From a bacterium (GTDB taxonomy: Bacteria > UBP7 > UBA6624 > JBBIMK01): a stretch of DNA of 32,000 bases. The translations under genes and the position numbers were made by a program. The DNA is taken from assembly GCA_037444445.1 (NCBI GenBank), contig JBBIMK010000008.1, positions 1 to 32,000 on the forward strand. Direction: 5' to 3'. Numbering within the stretch: the stretch's first letter is position 1; each line of letters opens with the position of its first letter. The notes under the pieces were generated by a model. It did no database searches, was not told the origin of the DNA, and saw only the letters and a list, made by a program, of their open reading frames with translations. This document shows positions 8,021 through 15,840 of this stretch, in pieces.

Positions 8021-8782
8021 ATGAAAAGTTTTGAACGATTCCTGAGGGAAAAGATTCTTACAGGGAAAGGAGAATTTCAAAAGGTTTATGGACAAAAATT
8101 GAAAACGGGGAAGCCTATGATTCAAATTCTGGTGGCTGAAGGATATATCCAGCCGCAAGAATTAAAAGGGCTCCTCTGCCAGTACCTGGAAGAAGTGGAG
8201 AATGAGGATGAAGAACGAATCATCGCAAAGATTCTAACCCGGGACCACCTGTTACCTGAAGTGAAACTGAAAGAAGCCGGCGAGCAAGCCGCCGGCGAGC
8301 AAAAATCCCTTTACGAGGTATTAAAAGAGAATGGACAACTGGACGACTCACTTCAGGCTCAATTGAACCAGAAAATCAAGGAAGAAATGTTGAAAGAGAT
8401 AGACCGGTGGCAGGGGCATTTTATCTTCCTCTCGGATAGCACATGGAAAGAAGGAGAGGTGAAGCGAGCCCTTTCCCAATTTAAGGCATACGGGCTTCCA
8501 TCCCTGCTTTCCTGGCTTGTGCTGAAGAAATATGTGACCCAGGAGGAATGGAATACTGCCTGGGAAGAAAGGCAAAAAACAGGGCGTTCTATGGTTTTTA
8601 CCCTGTTAGAAACAGGATATCTGACACCGGAAGAAGCAGAGAAAGCCATGCGTTCCTACGGGCAGTTTGGACAGTTCATAGCGCAGTCGCTCGACGAGTG
8701 GAGAATTCACTTCATCGACCGCTATGATGACTGGTGGGCTTTCACCATAGCCTGGGCCCCCTTCACCCTGCACGGCTGGTGA
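8021..8782 (+). CDS. Hypothetical protein with three ~45-aa helical repeats resembling the GspE/MshE N-terminal (T2SSE_N) domain
   Basis: Repeats centred on KTGKPMIQILVAEGYIQPQELKGLL, KSLYEVLKENGQLDDSLQAQL and KTGRSMVFTLLETGYLTPEEAEKAM. The start is uncertain: ATG 8021 is preferred, and the track starts at TTG 7994. Confidence 0.6.
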   Translation: MKSFERFLREKILTGKGEFQKVYGQKLKTGKPMIQILVAEGYIQPQELKGLLCQYLEEVENEDEERIIAKILTRDHLLPEVKLKEAGEQAAGEQKSLYEVLKENGQLDDSLQAQLNQKIKEEMLKEIDRWQGHFIFLSDSTWKEGEVKRALSQFKAYGLPSLLSWLVLKKYVTQEEWNTAWEERQKTGRSMVFTLLETGYLTPEEAEKAMRSYGQFGQFIAQSLDEWRIHFIDRYDDWWAFTIAWAPFTLHGW

Positions 8783-8808
8783 ACCCACACAATCCTACTC
8801 CCTTCTCA

Positions 8809-9009
8809 TTAGAGACTGAGCCAGTGGGTGCCGAAAAGAATCTGCAAGAAGAAGAGGATAAAAAGAATCAAAAGCAAGCACCCGCAGGCACAGCCGGTGC
8901 AAGAACATCCTCTCCCCCATCCGAAGCGGTTCTGAAGCCAGTCAAATACCGCTGTCAGCAAGAATAACTTCAGGAGTCCTACCAGGCAACCCGGCCTCTT
9001 TTCCCTCAT
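8809..9009 (-). CDS. Possible small Cys/Gly-rich membrane protein (66 aa)
   Basis: Two hydrophobic segments flank GWGRGCSCTGCACGC. There is no convincing Shine-Dalgarno sequence. A competing plus-strand ORF (8734..8967) is low complexity. The coding call is tentative. Confidence 0.3.
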   Translation of the reverse strand: MREKRPGCLVGLLKLFLLTAVFDWLQNRFGWGRGCSCTGCACGCLLLILFILFFLQILFGTHWLSL

Positions 9010-9070
9010 TTCATTACCCTGCTTAATCCTATCACACCCTCTGCCTTCAACTCTGATTCTTCACATCTTT

Positions 9071-9096
9071 TTGCATCTATGTCATTGTGTTATAAT
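9071..9096 (+). promoter_or_regulatory. Candidate promoter with extended -10 (TGtTATAAT)
   Basis: TTGCAT at 9071-9076 and TGTTATAAT at 9088-9096. The -35/-10 spacing is only 14 nt, so the extended -10 is the main support. It lies 36 nt upstream of ATG 9132. Confidence 0.4.
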
Positions 9097-9131
9097 GGAA
9101 AGGTTATGGGAGTGAACAGAGCCTGCACTGT

Positions 9132-10439
9132 ATGAAAAAAAATAAGTTGCTCCTCCAGGCGGGTCAAATTGGAATGGTGACACTTTTCTTTCTTTCTGCA
9201 CCTGTAAACGAATCTCTCTCTGCTCTGGAAAAAGGGAAGACCGCCTATCGGGCTGGGGAGTTCCAACAAGCCCTTCAATTTTTTGAGATGCATTTGAAAG
9301 ACCATCCATTAGATGCGGAGGCTTTCCGCTGGAAGGGGACAGTGGCTCTTCTGATGAATGACCTGACGACTGCCGAAATCGCCTTCCAAAAGGTCATCCA
9401 TCGCCAGCCCCAGCATAAAAAAGCCAAAGAGGATTTAGCCCTGGTGTATTATCGTCAGAACCGGTTTTCAGAAGCCTCCACACTCCTGACGGAGATTGGG
9501 AAAAGCATTCGGAGTGCCCAGCTGGCGAGTTTTCAAAACGACCCACCATATCAAATCTCTGGCTCCTATACGGAAGTGCCCTTCCTTCAAACCAATCCGT
9601 TGCCCGTTGTAACGATTCGGGTCAACGACAGCAACCCCATAGAAGTTCTGCTGGATACGGGCACTTCCGAACTGGCGCTGGACGCTGAACTGGCGGAGAA
9701 ACTTGAAATACAAAAATTCGGAGCTGGAGAAGGCATTTTCGCCGGCGGTCAAAAAGCCTCTTTTGTATACGCCCGGGCTGAAAAGATTGAACTCGGTGAC
9801 CTCACCATCCGTCGGGTCCCGATTCAACTTTTGTCCTTCAAACACATCTCTTCCGTTTTCCCCAATCACACTATTCAAGGCTTCATCGGAACAGCCTTTC
9901 TCTACCCATTTATCCCGACGATAGATTATCCCGCCGGCAGGCTTATCCTGAGGCGAAAATCCAGCGCCGGCGAACTCCCTCTCTCTCCGCTTGAGGGCTC
10001 AAAAGTGTATATAATACCCTTCTATCTTGCCGGCGACCATTTCATTCTAACAAAAGGGGATGTGAACGGAAAATCTCCGGGCTTTTATGTGATAGACACA
10101 GGATTAAGCCAAGGAGGATTTGTCGGAACGGAACAGACTCTTACAGAAGCAGGAATTTCCATAAAGGAGGAAGAAGTCAAGAAAGGCATCGGGGGCGCAC
10201 CGGTAGAACCGTCTCTTGCCGTTTTCCCCTTCACTGTAGATTCCCTCTCCCTCGGCGGTGCGACAGAAAAAAACATTCAGGGCTTTTTCGGCTTATTCCC
10301 ACCCTCGCTGGAATATGCTTTCGGATTTCGCATTCACGGGCTGATTTCCCACGAATTTTTCAAGCCTTACCGGGTAACCTTAGATTTTGAACGGATGCAA
10401 CTGAGGTTAGAAAAGCCCGTCGGAGTGGAGAAAAGTTGA
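9132..10439 (+). CDS. Secreted TPR-repeat protein with two retropepsin-like aspartyl protease lobes
   Basis: Signal-peptide-like N-terminus (MKKNKLLLQAGQIGMVTLFFLSAPVNESLSA). TPR-like helices span aa 30-130. There are two D-T-G catalytic triplets: LLDTGTS (9654-9662) and VIDTGLS (10095-10103). Confidence 0.8.
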   Translation: MKKNKLLLQAGQIGMVTLFFLSAPVNESLSALEKGKTAYRAGEFQQALQFFEMHLKDHPLDAEAFRWKGTVALLMNDLTTAEIAFQKVIHRQPQHKKAKEDLALVYYRQNRFSEASTLLTEIGKSIRSAQLASFQNDPPYQISGSYTEVPFLQTNPLPVVTIRVNDSNPIEVLLDTGTSELALDAELAEKLEIQKFGAGEGIFAGGQKASFVYARAEKIELGDLTIRRVPIQLLSFKHISSVFPNHTIQGFIGTAFLYPFIPTIDYPAGRLILRRKSSAGELPLSPLEGSKVYIIPFYLAGDHFILTKGDVNGKSPGFYVIDTGLSQGGFVGTEQTLTEAGISIKEEEVKKGIGGAPVEPSLAVFPFTVDSLSLGGATEKNIQGFFGLFPPSLEYAFGFRIHGLISHEFFKPYRVTLDFERMQLRLEKPVGVEKS

Positions 10440-10446
10440 GAAAATC

Positions 10447-10884
10447 CTACAAAAGGTCTGGCACTCGTTCCTCAATAAGCCGAACATATTCTTTATACAT
10501 ACATCGGTTTTGAACCACTTTCAAGCCCGCTTGCTTCGCTCTTTCCGCTGATTCTGGATGTTCAATCCCTTCTTGCATCCAGATAACTTTCACATCGCCT
10601 TTTTCTTTCACCCGCCTTAGTACATCCTCCACAATCGCTGGCACGGCTTCTGAGGGGCGAAAAATCTCCACAATCTCCACCGACTCAGGAATCTGTGAGA
10701 CGGATGGATACGATTTCATCCCGAGGATTTCATCCGTAAAGGGGTTTACCGGGATGATGTGATACTTCTTGCTCATCAAAAATTTGGGCACCTTTCGGGC
10801 AGGCTTGGTTAAATCACGGCTCATTCCCACGACTGCTATTCGCTGATAAGTCGTGAGTATTTGTTTAATCTCTTCATCTCTCAT
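10447..10884 (-). CDS. CoA-binding domain protein (second copy)
   Basis: 145 aa, with QRIAVVGMSRDLTKPARKVPKFLMSKKYHIIPVNP. Its ATG overlaps the stop of the upstream SRPBCC gene (ATGA at 10884..10881). Confidence 0.85.
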   Translation of the reverse strand: MRDEEIKQILTTYQRIAVVGMSRDLTKPARKVPKFLMSKKYHIIPVNPFTDEILGMKSYPSVSQIPESVEIVEIFRPSEAVPAIVEDVLRRVKEKGDVKVIWMQEGIEHPESAERAKQAGLKVVQNRCMYKEYVRLIEERVPDLL

Positions 10885-11351
10885 TCGGGCGTCATCTCCT
10901 TCAGAAGGGCTTCCAGCCCGTTCAAAAATTGCCGGGCATTTTCCATCACAATCTTCTCCAGCATGCTATCCAGCAAAGGGCCACCGATGGGAAGCCCCAA
11001 ATCGTAGTCAATTTGCAAAGTTGTTTTCGTTCCCTCGGGATGTTCTTCAAAAGTCCAGGAACCACGATACAGTTTGAAAGTTCCCTCTACCTGCTCAAAG
11101 GCGCAGAGATGGGCGGAGTCATCCCACCGGTCCACTTCTGTCCACACCACATCCCGAGTCATCCCCATAATTTGAATTTTCCCGTGCCAGCGGGCTTTCG
11201 TCATTTCTGGAGTTTGCTTCAGAACTTCTATCTTTGTGAGATTAGGGATATATCGGGCAAGGGCCTCCGTCTGCTTAGCCGAGGAATAAACGACTTCCAG
11301 AAGGAATGGGAAAATTTTTTCCACCTTCACCTGATGCATTTCTACCACCAA
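10881..11351 (-). CDS. SRPBCC superfamily (START / polyketide cyclase-dehydrase-like) protein
   Basis: 156 aa. The size and pattern (...ARWHGKIQIMGMTRDVVWTEVDRWDD...YRGSWTFEEHPEGTKTTLQIDYDLG...) are typical of the helix-grip SRPBCC fold. Confidence 0.7.
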   Translation of the reverse strand: MVVEMHQVKVEKIFPFLLEVVYSSAKQTEALARYIPNLTKIEVLKQTPEMTKARWHGKIQIMGMTRDVVWTEVDRWDDSAHLCAFEQVEGTFKLYRGSWTFEEHPEGTKTTLQIDYDLGLPIGGPLLDSMLEKIVMENARQFLNGLEALLKEMTPE

Positions 11352-11510
11352 TCCTCTATTCTACCAATTCTCCCGCTATATAGCAATTATCCCGCAATCT
11401 CCCCGGTGACATCTCACCGTAATTTTCCCTTCCTTCCATCGCAGTGCAGGGCGAGGTCCCGGTATAACCCATGGGGATTACCCTGGGGTCAACGAGCATA
11501 TCCCCTGCCA

Positions 11511-11540
11511 TTGGAGAGGAAAGAGAAAAAACGGTATAAT
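11511..11540 (+). promoter_or_regulatory. Candidate sigma70-type promoter TTGGAG-N18-TATAAT
   Basis: TTGGAG at 11511-11516 and TATAAT at 11535-11540, 31 nt upstream of the preferred DsbA start (11571). GGAGAAGGAGG lies between the -10 element and that start. Confidence 0.4.
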
Positions 11541-11570
11541 AAAGATGATAGGGAGAAGGAGGATGAAGTT

Positions 11571-12338
11571 ATGAAGGATGTGAAGGGCGAAGCGAAAAAG
11601 AAGGAAACCCAGGGAAAGGAGACAGCACCAGAAACCGGTAAGAAACCCTGGATGGGTTCCGTGATGTGGATTACCGCCACAGCCATTTTGTTGGCATTAG
11701 TGATGGTGGCTATCAGCGTCTGGAGTGCGACTCAAAAGGGCTCACTAAATGTTACCACACCCCTGACTGTAGAGAGGCATGGTAATGAAAAGGGGTCACC
11801 TAACGCTCCGGTGGTTGTGATAGAATATGCGGATTTTCAGTGCCCCGCCTGTGGCTATGTGGCACGACTCATAGAGCCCCAGGTAGACAGGGAGTATATC
11901 GCGACGGGAAAAGTTCGCTGGGTGTACCGTCATTTTCCCATTCTGGGCCAGGAATCTGAATGGGCTGCCCAGGCTTCACGCTGTGCCCAGGACCAGGGAA
12001 AGTTCTGGGAATACCATGACCTCCTGTTTCAGAATCAACGAGGGGAAAACATCGGCACCTTCAACATAGACAACCTGAAAAAATTTGCACAATCTCCCCG
12101 CTTAAATATGGATATGAAGGCTTTTAACGAATGCTTTGATACGGGTAAATATGTGAAGGCTGTTCAAGATGAGGGCATTGAAGGGAGAATGAAAGGGGTT
12201 TCCTCCACTCCCACCTTTTTTATCAACGGCTTAGTTTACCAGGGTGCTCCCCGAACCTATGAATCCTTCAAGGGAATGCTGGAGGATGCGCTTCGGAATG
12301 CGGGCGCCGCAGGGACGGAAAACGAGTCAGCGGGTTGA
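11571..12338 (+). CDS. Membrane-anchored DsbA-family thiol:disulfide oxidoreductase
   Basis: ATG 11571 sits behind a strong Shine-Dalgarno sequence. The protein has a Lys-rich N-terminus, one TM segment (VMWITATAILLALVMVAISVW) and a thioredoxin fold with FQCPACG (CPAC at 11841-11852). The track's 469-aa ORF (from 10929) has a 214-codon extension antisense to the SRPBCC gene, which I reject. Confidence 0.85.
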   Translation: MKDVKGEAKKKETQGKETAPETGKKPWMGSVMWITATAILLALVMVAISVWSATQKGSLNVTTPLTVERHGNEKGSPNAPVVVIEYADFQCPACGYVARLIEPQVDREYIATGKVRWVYRHFPILGQESEWAAQASRCAQDQGKFWEYHDLLFQNQRGENIGTFNIDNLKKFAQSPRLNMDMKAFNECFDTGKYVKAVQDEGIEGRMKGVSSTPTFFINGLVYQGAPRTYESFKGMLEDALRNAGAAGTENESAG

Positions 12339-12763
12339 GAGACCTCTGGGGCAAATTCATTCTGCTTCTTTCTTTATTCGGGCTGGGGATTTCCACTTAT
12401 CTTTCCTATAAATATCTCACTCATTCTACCATCGCCTGCTTCGGTGGTGCGAAGGGATGTGAAACCGTCCAGTTCAGCCCCTATGCTTATGTTCTCGGAA
12501 TCCCGGTTCCTCTCCTCGGCGTGGCTGGTTACCTTCTCTTGTTACTTTTTTCCCTGGTCAGGCTCTGGGGAGGCACCCCCAAATCGCAGAAAATCCTTGC
12601 CAGCCAGGCTCTTTTTGCTTCCTCCCTGGTGGGAACTCTCTATTCGGCTTATCTGACCTACCTGGAACTTTTCGTCATTTACGCTATCTGCACCTGGTGT
12701 GTGCTTTCCGCCATCATTATGACCCTAATTTTTCTCCTCTCCATTTCTCTGTTGAAAACTTAA
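12335..12763 (+). CDS. Vitamin K epoxide reductase (VKOR) family protein
   Basis: 142 aa with 4 TM segments. It has the loop cysteine pair CFGGAKGC and the active-site CTWC (12689-12700). Its TTG start overlaps the DsbA stop (TTGA at 12335-12338). Confidence 0.85.
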   Translation: MRDLWGKFILLLSLFGLGISTYLSYKYLTHSTIACFGGAKGCETVQFSPYAYVLGIPVPLLGVAGYLLLLLFSLVRLWGGTPKSQKILASQALFASSLVGTLYSAYLTYLELFVIYAICTWCVLSAIIMTLIFLLSISLLKT

Positions 12764-12813
12764 AATGGGGTAAAATATGTGCTATCATTTCGTAGTGGAG
12801 GTGTCATAATTTT

Positions 12814-15800
12814 ATGAAAATGAAGGAGACGGGTAAATGGGTCGGTTTAATTCTTTGCCTCACCTGGGCGATTTCCTGCGGTGGCGGTGGGGGACTGATA
12901 TCCACAACACCCGGGGAAGAATTGGTGGCATCCATCCGTATTCTATCCCCCCTCTCCGGCACCAGCCTGAGTGGCATTTCTTCCATTATTGTGGAAGTTA
13001 TAGATGCTCAGGGGAACACTGCCTCAAGAGTGGATTTATGGATGGGCACTCCCGGTCTACCGGTTTCCATGGTTCCCTATGAAAATTCACATTTATGGAT
13101 GTTCCAATGGGATACCACCGGGTATCCCAACGGTGCAGTGAATCTCGAAGTAAAGGCGTATGGGAGGCGGGGCTCTCTTCTGACCCCTCAGGAGCCGGGC
13201 TTCACCCGGGTGGTCGTCAATATCTTGAATGCTCCTACTGGAGGGGGTGGACAGGTCAATCACCCTCCCGTGATTCTCCGTGCGGGGGTGGGAGACACCT
13301 ATCAAACTGATGTAAGTGGAATCGCCCCTGTAAGGGTCAATTTCAAAGCGCAAGTGTCAGACCCCGACCCTGGCGATGCTATCTCTTATCACTGGGAATT
13401 CGGCCACGGTGGCAATTTCTCCACGCAAGCCTCCCCTTCCTATTCTTATCCTCAAGGCAATTACACCGCCGTCCTGACGGTGGTGGACAGTCGTGGCCTT
13501 GCCTCGCTACCTTCTCCACCCATCTTCATTCGCGCCTCCACCAACCTGCCACCGGTGGCATCCATTCTGGCCTCCCTTACGGGTGCGGAAGGTTCCTTCT
13601 CTCCCAACCCTATCTCCGAGAAAGGCACGCCTAACCTCACCGTATATTTCCGAGGTATCGCCAACGACCCGGATGGTGGGAATGTAACTTATTTCTGGGA
13701 TTTTGGTGATGGAGGAACAGACACCTCTCAAAATCCCACCCACACTTTTGGCATTGGCACTTATGTAGCGACTTTGGGGGTGACGGATGATGAAAACACT
13801 CCAAGCCCTATAGCCTCTTTACTGATTCGGGTTTACCCCTCCCCCCCGCCGCGAGTCAACGCCCGGGGCTCCACCGACGGCTTTTCTTATTCTGAAGGAC
13901 CTCTCCTCGTCCAGAGTGGTAAGCCGGTATACTTCAAGGCAGACGCCTCTGATGACGACGGCCAGATTGTTTCGGTTCTATGGGACTTTGCTGATGGAAC
14001 CACCGCTTCGGTTCTAATTCCTCCTCCTCACTTCTTCACAATAGAGAAAACTTATATCGTAACTTTCTCTGCCATTGATAACGACGGATTGTCATCATCG
14101 GACTCCATTCAGGTAACCGTGGGAGCCGCTGTTCCTTCACCGGTTACCCAGTTCTCCTGCACTATGCCCACTCCTGCATCGGTGAAATGCACCTGGAACG
14201 ATGTGGCGGGAGAGCAGGGGTATCGCCTCCAGCGACAACAATCACCCGACCCTGCCTGGAATGCCCTTGCCAGCATTCCACCTGATTCCACAGAATATAC
14301 GGATTCAACAGTTACAGCCGGCGTCCCCTACGGATACCGAATCATCGCCTATAACGCCTATGGAGATTCTCTTCCCTCGCCGGTGAGTCGGGTCGGACCT
14401 GCTGTTTTCGTGGACGCCACCACCTTTTCAGGCGTGACCATCGGCGACCGAGTGGCATGGGCTGACTGCAACAACGATGGCTTCGTTGACCTGTATTCCA
14501 GCGGAAACTTATTCCGTAACAACGGTAACGGCACCTTCTCCTCCGCTGGCTCACTACCCGGAGGACATCCCACCTTCGGCGATTTTGACAACGATGGCAA
14601 TGTGGATTTGTTCCTTGCTGGGCCGGATGTGCTTCTGAGAAATACAGGAAACTGCAATTTCCAGGATGTCACCGCTGCTTCGGGCATCAATGATACCAGT
14701 CCTACGGAAGCCGCCGCCTGGGGTGACTGCAACAACGATGGATTCCTGGACCTCTACCTCGCTAATTACGAGGTCTGGCAGGATAACGATGCGACTTTTT
14801 ATCCCGATAAACTCTTCAAGAATAATGGCAACGGCTCTTTCTCTGACATCACCTCACAGGCAGGTATCAATGACCTCATTTCCGAATATAATACCCCTGC
14901 CGCCGGGCGTGCAGTCACCTGGGCTGACTACGATAACGACGGCGACCAGGACATCTATGTGTCTAACTACCGCCTCCACCCTAATTATCTCTGGCGAAAT
15001 TCCGGAAACTGCTCCTTTACGGATGTGGCTCGCCAGGCCGGTGTGGCAGGTCGTAGCACCGTGCTGGATGGCACTACTTACTGGGGTCATACCATCGGTT
15101 CCTCCTGGGGCGATTTTAATAACGATGGCTATTTAGACCTCTTTTCTGCCACTCTCCATCATCTTTCTCCTATGCCCGATGGCAGGCCATTCCCGGGAGA
15201 TGACAACAACAATTTATGGAAAAATAATGGTCCTTCTGGCTGGGATTTTGCCGATGTCTATTCTACTTCAGGCATCCGATTTAATGAATGCGACGCCGGC
15301 GGAATGTGGGGAGATTACGATAATGATGGCGACCTGGACCTTCTGGAAACGACCCTGTATTACGCAAACGGCTGCGACCGGGGTGGGCGGATTTACCTTT
15401 ACCAGAACGATGGAAATGGCTTGTTTACGGACCGTTTCTCCGCAGTCGGACTATCCGGGTCTAATACCTACACCGCCGCCTGGGCAGATTATGACAACGA
15501 CGGGCTTCTGGATGCAATCATCGGAGGTAAACTTTTCCACAATGACACCAATTCCAACAACTGGCTGGAAATCCGCCTGAAAGGAAGTTCCAGCAATAAA
15601 AGCGCCATCGGAGCAATCGTCAAACTAACTGCCGGCGGCCTCTCTATGACCCGGGTGGTAGAAAGTGCCTCCGGTGCCGCCAATGCCAACATGCTCACCC
15701 TTCATTTCGGGCTGGGCGCTGCTCAACAAGCCACTGTGGATGTCCGATGGCCCTCCGGTCGCACCAGTCAACTGCCGAATGTAACTGTTAACCAGATTCT

Positions 15801-15816
15801 GGAAATAACCGAGTGA
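12814..15816 (+). CDS. Large surface lipoprotein: Ig-like + 3 PKD + FN3 + seven FG-GAP/VCBS repeats + ASPIC/UnbV C-terminal domain (CRTAC1-family architecture)
   Basis: 1000 aa. GGAGGTG sits 10 nt upstream of the start. Signal sequence plus Cys (LTWAISC-GGGGG). PKD signatures: WEFGHGG, WDFGDGG, WDFADGT. An FN3-like segment is present (CTWNDVAGEQGYRLQ...YRIIAYNAYGDS). Seven W(A/G)D(x)(N/D)NDG(x)(x)D(L/I) calcium-type repeats. The C-terminus NNWLEIRLKG...AIGAIVKL...VDVRWPSG is typical of ASPIC/UnbV. Confidence 0.9.
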   Translation: MKMKETGKWVGLILCLTWAISCGGGGGLISTTPGEELVASIRILSPLSGTSLSGISSIIVEVIDAQGNTASRVDLWMGTPGLPVSMVPYENSHLWMFQWDTTGYPNGAVNLEVKAYGRRGSLLTPQEPGFTRVVVNILNAPTGGGGQVNHPPVILRAGVGDTYQTDVSGIAPVRVNFKAQVSDPDPGDAISYHWEFGHGGNFSTQASPSYSYPQGNYTAVLTVVDSRGLASLPSPPIFIRASTNLPPVASILASLTGAEGSFSPNPISEKGTPNLTVYFRGIANDPDGGNVTYFWDFGDGGTDTSQNPTHTFGIGTYVATLGVTDDENTPSPIASLLIRVYPSPPPRVNARGSTDGFSYSEGPLLVQSGKPVYFKADASDDDGQIVSVLWDFADGTTASVLIPPPHFFTIEKTYIVTFSAIDNDGLSSSDSIQVTVGAAVPSPVTQFSCTMPTPASVKCTWNDVAGEQGYRLQRQQSPDPAWNALASIPPDSTEYTDSTVTAGVPYGYRIIAYNAYGDSLPSPVSRVGPAVFVDATTFSGVTIGDRVAWADCNNDGFVDLYSSGNLFRNNGNGTFSSAGSLPGGHPTFGDFDNDGNVDLFLAGPDVLLRNTGNCNFQDVTAASGINDTSPTEAAAWGDCNNDGFLDLYLANYEVWQDNDATFYPDKLFKNNGNGSFSDITSQAGINDLISEYNTPAAGRAVTWADYDNDGDQDIYVSNYRLHPNYLWRNSGNCSFTDVARQAGVAGRSTVLDGTTYWGHTIGSSWGDFNNDGYLDLFSATLHHLSPMPDGRPFPGDDNNNLWKNNGPSGWDFADVYSTSGIRFNECDAGGMWGDYDNDGDLDLLETTLYYANGCDRGGRIYLYQNDGNGLFTDRFSAVGLSGSNTYTAAWADYDNDGLLDAIIGGKLFHNDTNSNNWLEIRLKGSSSNKSAIGAIVKLTAGGLSMTRVVESASGAANANMLTLHFGLGAAQQATVDVRWPSGRTSQLPNVTVNQILEITE

Positions 15817-15840
15817 CGAAGAAATTCGGGAAAGCATAAC

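Noticed and set aside
8734-8967. 77-aa plus-strand ORF in the 8783-9131 gap.
   Set aside because: It starts inside the preceding gene and is Pro/Glu/Lys/Ala low-complexity with no ribosome-binding site. The minus-strand hydrophobic ORF is marginally more protein-like, but neither call is secure.
10929-11570. The N-terminal 214 codons of the 469-aa track ORF (10929..12338).
   Set aside because: This part runs antisense through the SRPBCC gene (10881..11351) and the intergenic promoter region, and it translates to low-complexity, non-protein-like sequence. The DsbA-like domain starts at ATG 11571 behind a strong GGAGAAGGAGG ribosome-binding site.
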